Below, piece by piece: positions 59,525 to 64,000 of a DNA stretch of 64,000 nucleotides. Under the pieces are notes generated by a model. It was not told where the DNA came from. It was given only the letters and a program-made list of their open reading frames with translations, and did no database searches. This stretch comes from Phoronis australis. Lineage: Eukaryota; Animalia; Phoronida. The position numbers and the translations under genes were made by a program. The number at the start of each line of letters is the position of its first letter. Within the stretch, counting starts at the first letter, position 1. Where the stretch lies: positions 973,177 through 1,037,176 of the forward strand of contig NMRA01000051.1 of the NCBI GenBank assembly GCA_002633005.1, written 5' to 3'.

Positions 59525-62097
59525 TTATTTCATTTCAATTGACCTGTCAGAAAGTCTGTTTGGTTTCTTATGCAGACATACAACGGCTATAATGACCAGT
59601 ATAGTCACAGTGGTTATTCCCAATCCTATACTTAAACCAATAACCAAATCTCGTGTGTGCCCTTCAAGTACCTCCCCCTGCGACTTCTTTGTGATAGATG
59701 TTTGTCCATCTGATGTATCTGTTGAGACTTTAAACCTGGCTGTAATGTCCTCAACTGTTTCAGTCCCAGTTACCGAGTTTATGCTTTGAATTCCCTTTGT
59801 TACCATGGAAACACTCCTCTTCTTTGTTGTTGTTGTGGCAATGCTCCTGGATGTGGTTTTTACCTCAGTGATGTTACCACTCTCTTCTGTAGTCAGCTGG
59901 TTGACGTTATCTCCAGGTGAAGTTGGTAAAGTTATTGATTGTGTCCGACTCTTGGATGTTTCCCCAACTCTGTTTGATTTGAGTGTACTTCCAGCCAACG
60001 TGTACCCACCTGAGCTGACATTTTCTGTAGTATTTCCTGCTGGTGTAATCTTAGCTGTAGTCGCATCAGTGGTGCTGTTGATTGGGTTTGTTGCCGTGGT
60101 GATTGTATGTGTATCGGGTGTGATGGAAGCTGATGTCTGAGCAATGGAGATAGATGTGGCCACCATGGTTGTTGTTGTTGGTACTGCAAAAAAAACGTAC
60201 CACTAAATATTGGGGATTTTCCAGGTTTTTGATTACATACTGAGGAAAGATTTTGTTTATCCAAAAATGCAAGCCTTTGTCAGTGTCCTCAGAGTCAGGC
60301 TGCCGTTAAAAGTCTTTTTGTTCCTCCTCGCCCAACCCCTCGAAGGCTAACTGAGGTCTGTGAAAGTTGTACAAGAAATATGAACAGTATATTGTTCGAG
60401 ATTTCATTTTTTAAGATAAATTGTTTTGACAGATTACAAAATTGTATCAGTGTGTACTTATCCCGTCAAAATGTTAATAATCATTTCAGTATAATACTAT
60501 GTTATCCCATGTATGTGAAAATACGGATGTTGTATACGTCATGTTATTAACTATTAATTACATGAACATACATACAATCGGTATACAACAGTAGAGGCTG
60601 TATTCAATGGTAGAAGCCATTGAGACATTCCCAGATGAAACGAATTCTCGACAGTAGTATTCTTGTGTAAGTGGGCTAACCTTATATAAGAGCCCTCCAA
60701 AAAGAACAAAGACAAAAATTAATGAAAACGTGCAAAAATGTGTTGCTTGAATTGTTACCAGAATTTCAATGTCCAATCAGTCACAGGAAACAATTTGGTC
60801 TTAATATAGACTTGATGTTATGTAGACTGCAGATGTGATAATTTTTGTCTTCCTGTGGCGCTTAATTACAAGCACTTAATTTAGTCATTAAATTTTGCGA
60901 TAATTGGTAGATAAATGTTTCTTAAAACTTGCAGAAAATAGTTTTATTGTTCAGCCTCGTTAAGACTGGGAATAATTTGATCGTTATGACCTGGTGTCTT
61001 TGTGAATGCTGATCTCAGTCAAACATTAGCATCCATAAATATACGAAATTCACTTAACTTTGTTTAACAATCATAGTCTCGGCCGTCTCTTGCCTTGTTT
61101 GGGTGACAGTATACCTGAATTAATTCTCCTGCTATTTTTTATTCTTGCACAGGATTCCTTGTCCTCATCCCGACCCCCTGCTTTTTCAAGTACCCTATTC
61201 AAACACCTTGAGTGTTGATATAGATGTATACTGTTATGTACCTAGCACTGTTACTTTGATGCTGCTGTCCACTGAATCTCCGCTGAAAGAACCTGCTTCA
61301 CAGAAGTAGGTTCCCTGGTCCTTGCTAGTGGCATTGTTGATATGGAGTACTGCTTCTGAAGTGTAGACCGTGGGCTCATTGTCTGGACTGTATTGAGTCT
61401 CTGTAAAGTCTGGCTGGAACCATGAAATGAATGGCGCTGGGTCGCTCTCGGCAGCGCAAGACAGCGAGAAACTCTCACCTTCTTGGACCACAATGTCTCG
61501 ACTGATGTTTGTTATCACAGGTTTGGTGCACAGGAACTTGGCTTTGGCAGAGCTTTCTTTAACTGGTGTTGTGCAAGAAAACTCTCCTTTTGATTTTAAC
61601 CACTTTAAGAGACAATTGCAGTGCCAACGGTTCCTGGCAAGGTTCACTGTCACCTTCTGTAAAGTGTACTGGAAGTCACTTGGCAGCCCTTGTAAGTTAT
61701 TGCTGCTGATGTCGACTGATTGCAACTGGCTTAATCCTGAGAAGGCATCGGTGGCAAGTCTTTTTATGTTATTGTTCCTAAGATGCAGTTTGGAAAGTGA
61801 CGTAAATCCATCAAAAGTGAAGTCACCCACGTCAGTAATAGTGCTGTTAGTGATTCTTAATGTTTGAATTTTTGATGATTGTCTCACTTTGGTGAAATCC
61901 TTTTTTGTCAATGATGTCTGGTTCGTCAACACAATCGTGACGTCAGTTACGTTGTCGGGCAATTCCATTATGTCGGCCATGTTGTTTGCAGAACATACCG
62001 CTGTTGTGTTACTGCAAGAACATCCACTTGGACACAGTGCTAAAGATGGCGTCCAACCGACAATTAGAACCGTGAGTGGGATCAATAATATCCACAT
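59525..62097 (-). CDS. LRR-Ig single-pass membrane protein B with Ser/Thr mucin-like stalk (exons 62097-61242 and 60183-59525; about 504 aa; an upstream in-frame ATG exists at 62157)
   Basis: Signal MWILLIPLTVLIVG, CPSGCSC, LRRs, NRWHCNC, Ig domain (FSLSCAAESDP, DQGTYFC). Phase-1 intron G|gtacat ... ttttgcag|TA. Thr-rich stalk, TM LVIGLSIGLGITTVTILVIIAVVCL. Confidence 0.9.
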
Positions 62098-63598
62098 TTC
62101 ACTAGCACTTTTCTCGTTACCACACCGTACCGTTAAATCTTGCTGTCTAATTATCATGGAAATGGATTATGTATAAAGGGTGTTTAATACTCTTTGTTCT
62201 GTTGGTTTATCCCATGGTTTCCCTTTGGACTTTGTATGAATTGACCATTAACCAGTTGGGGTTCAAGGCTAAGATATGATGTAATTTTTGTTTTGGGGTG
62301 CATTGAATTAATATTGTGTTCGTGCCACTAATGTTTTGGTGGGATGTGATATAAAATTATTGGTTTGTGACTTGCATGTCTCACAGACTCCCTGGCATTT
62401 TTATGGTTGAAAGAGGTCAACTGACAGAAACATGTTTATGAAACTTTCCAGGGGGGTTTTAGTTGAAGTAAAATCCAGAAAATGGTCTTGTTTGAAATGA
62501 AATCATCTTACATATGTGCATGATTTTTAAGGGTTGATTTGTGCTGAATTATCAAATAAAATTGCACCCTTTCTGTACATTCATGAGCCAACTATAAGCA
62601 CCTTTACCTCAGAATGTCATGCCCATTTAAGGTTATGGTGGATCTTATGGACTTGTCAGTGTACTTTACCAAAAATCTATAAAACTATAGATTTTAACTC
62701 AGTAAAAGGAGAAAGACTGTAGAATTTTATGTTTAACATTATACCATTCTGCGATTAATTGGGTCACAATTTGGCCATGTCTTTTTAGTGAAATTCAGCA
62801 AAAAAGGTAAGTGTACATCCATAGCAATACACCAGTATCAATAACAGGACCAAATTTTGTTTGCATGTAAATGTTCAAGGTAAAATCTCAAAAACGCAGT
62901 TATAGTTTTCTAAATCATCATGATCTCGTTTTCTAAATTGTCATCTTTTTTATCATTTTACATGCCGTTGACTTTTCATAATTTATGTTTTCACGGTATC
63001 TCAGTATAGCACAATATTTTAGGCTCCGTCACTTATTGCAAACCGTCATCGAATTATCAGTCATTTTCTTACTAGCCATCCAATACAAAAATGAAAATTA
63101 CTTCGAGAAATTTCCTACAGCTGTTGACTGGCTGTCATCTTCCTCTGTAGTGCTTACCACTAGGTGGAACTCTTTAGTCAGTTGTAAATAGGAATTAGGC
63201 AACGGAAGCCTTTTCCTTTTCATACACCTTGATTTCTGTTTGATGCATTACTATGTAGACTCCGGTATTTTGCGTTAACTTTGTAGTAGTTTCCCTTTTG
63301 GCATATTAAGCTAAAGTTCTCCCAGTCTGTCATGTGGTTTTCTTGAATTGCATGATCACTATAGCAGATTTATTTATTCTCACTTTTTTGTTGGATGGCT
63401 AGTAAGAAACAGATTGATATCAACATCCTGATGAAGTAATGTACAGACCTTCCTTTGAGTGACTACATGGTGTTATCCTGTATTGCTCAAGTATATTAGC
63501 CCAAACTATCACAGTTAATATCTATGGATGGTTTGAGCCTCTGTTTAATGAACTTATGTGATTAGTGTTCTTGGTCTTTGTATCATAGGCTGATTGAT

Positions 63599-63752
63599 AC
63601 GGTAAAGTCGCGTGATTTTCGGACACTGAAAATTAATTCCAATAGAAAAAATTCATTCTTGGACGAATCTCGCGAAATATCATTTTGTGGTGTCCGAATT
63701 TGGCGAACCTCCAAATTTGGGTTTCCGCTAGTGTCCGAATTTCGTGGGTGTA
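63599..63752. mobile_element. Short palindromic MITE
   Basis: tacggtaaagtcgcgtgattttcggacac ... gtgtccgaatttcgtgggtgtac inverted ends; a related end occurs at about 53048. Confidence 0.5.
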
Positions 63753-64000
63753 CATTATTTCGATGAGCGTCGTAGCATCAACAATGCTGGCTTGGTCATT
63801 TGATAGCAGTATAATTGCAGGTAAATGAGACTCAAATGGTCTGAGCGATTAATTTTTGAAAATCTGGCTTTCCCAATAAGAAATGTGCGCCGTCGACGCA
63901 CAAAGACCGTTCCCAACAAGTGTTGGTTCTTCTTTTCAAAGATGTGCTTTCTCAATATGAAATATTCGGCTTGCATTGCCGATGCTCAAAAACCGTTCTC

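Noticed and set aside
61045-61075. ttcacttaac…aac as the U12 branch point and AC acceptor
   Set aside because: The following sequence does not encode the expected Y-box continuation.

Overview
AT-rich animal genomic DNA, probably a marine invertebrate (inferred from repeat and gene content). Most of the window is one + strand gene for phospholipase C epsilon (PLCE1-like). I could chain 20 phase-consistent exons (281..53689, about 1,533 codons); both the start and the 3' end lie outside the window. Before the usual RasGEF-PH-EF-X-Y layout, the same frame encodes a talin/kindlin-like FERM F2-F3 module. The last visible exon ends at a U12-type donor (ATATCCTTT, 53690). That intron runs past the window end (>10 kb) and holds two antisense, two-exon LRR-Ig transmembrane receptor paralogues. 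Introns also contain a decayed Kolobok-like transposon (THAP and P2X7-ballast/KolX-like remnants) whose empty site has a paralogue in the window, a Helentron/HINE-like element with a 451-bp array of CTCF-like motifs, several MITEs, a tRNA-derived SINE and minisatellites. All calls were made by eye with no database search.
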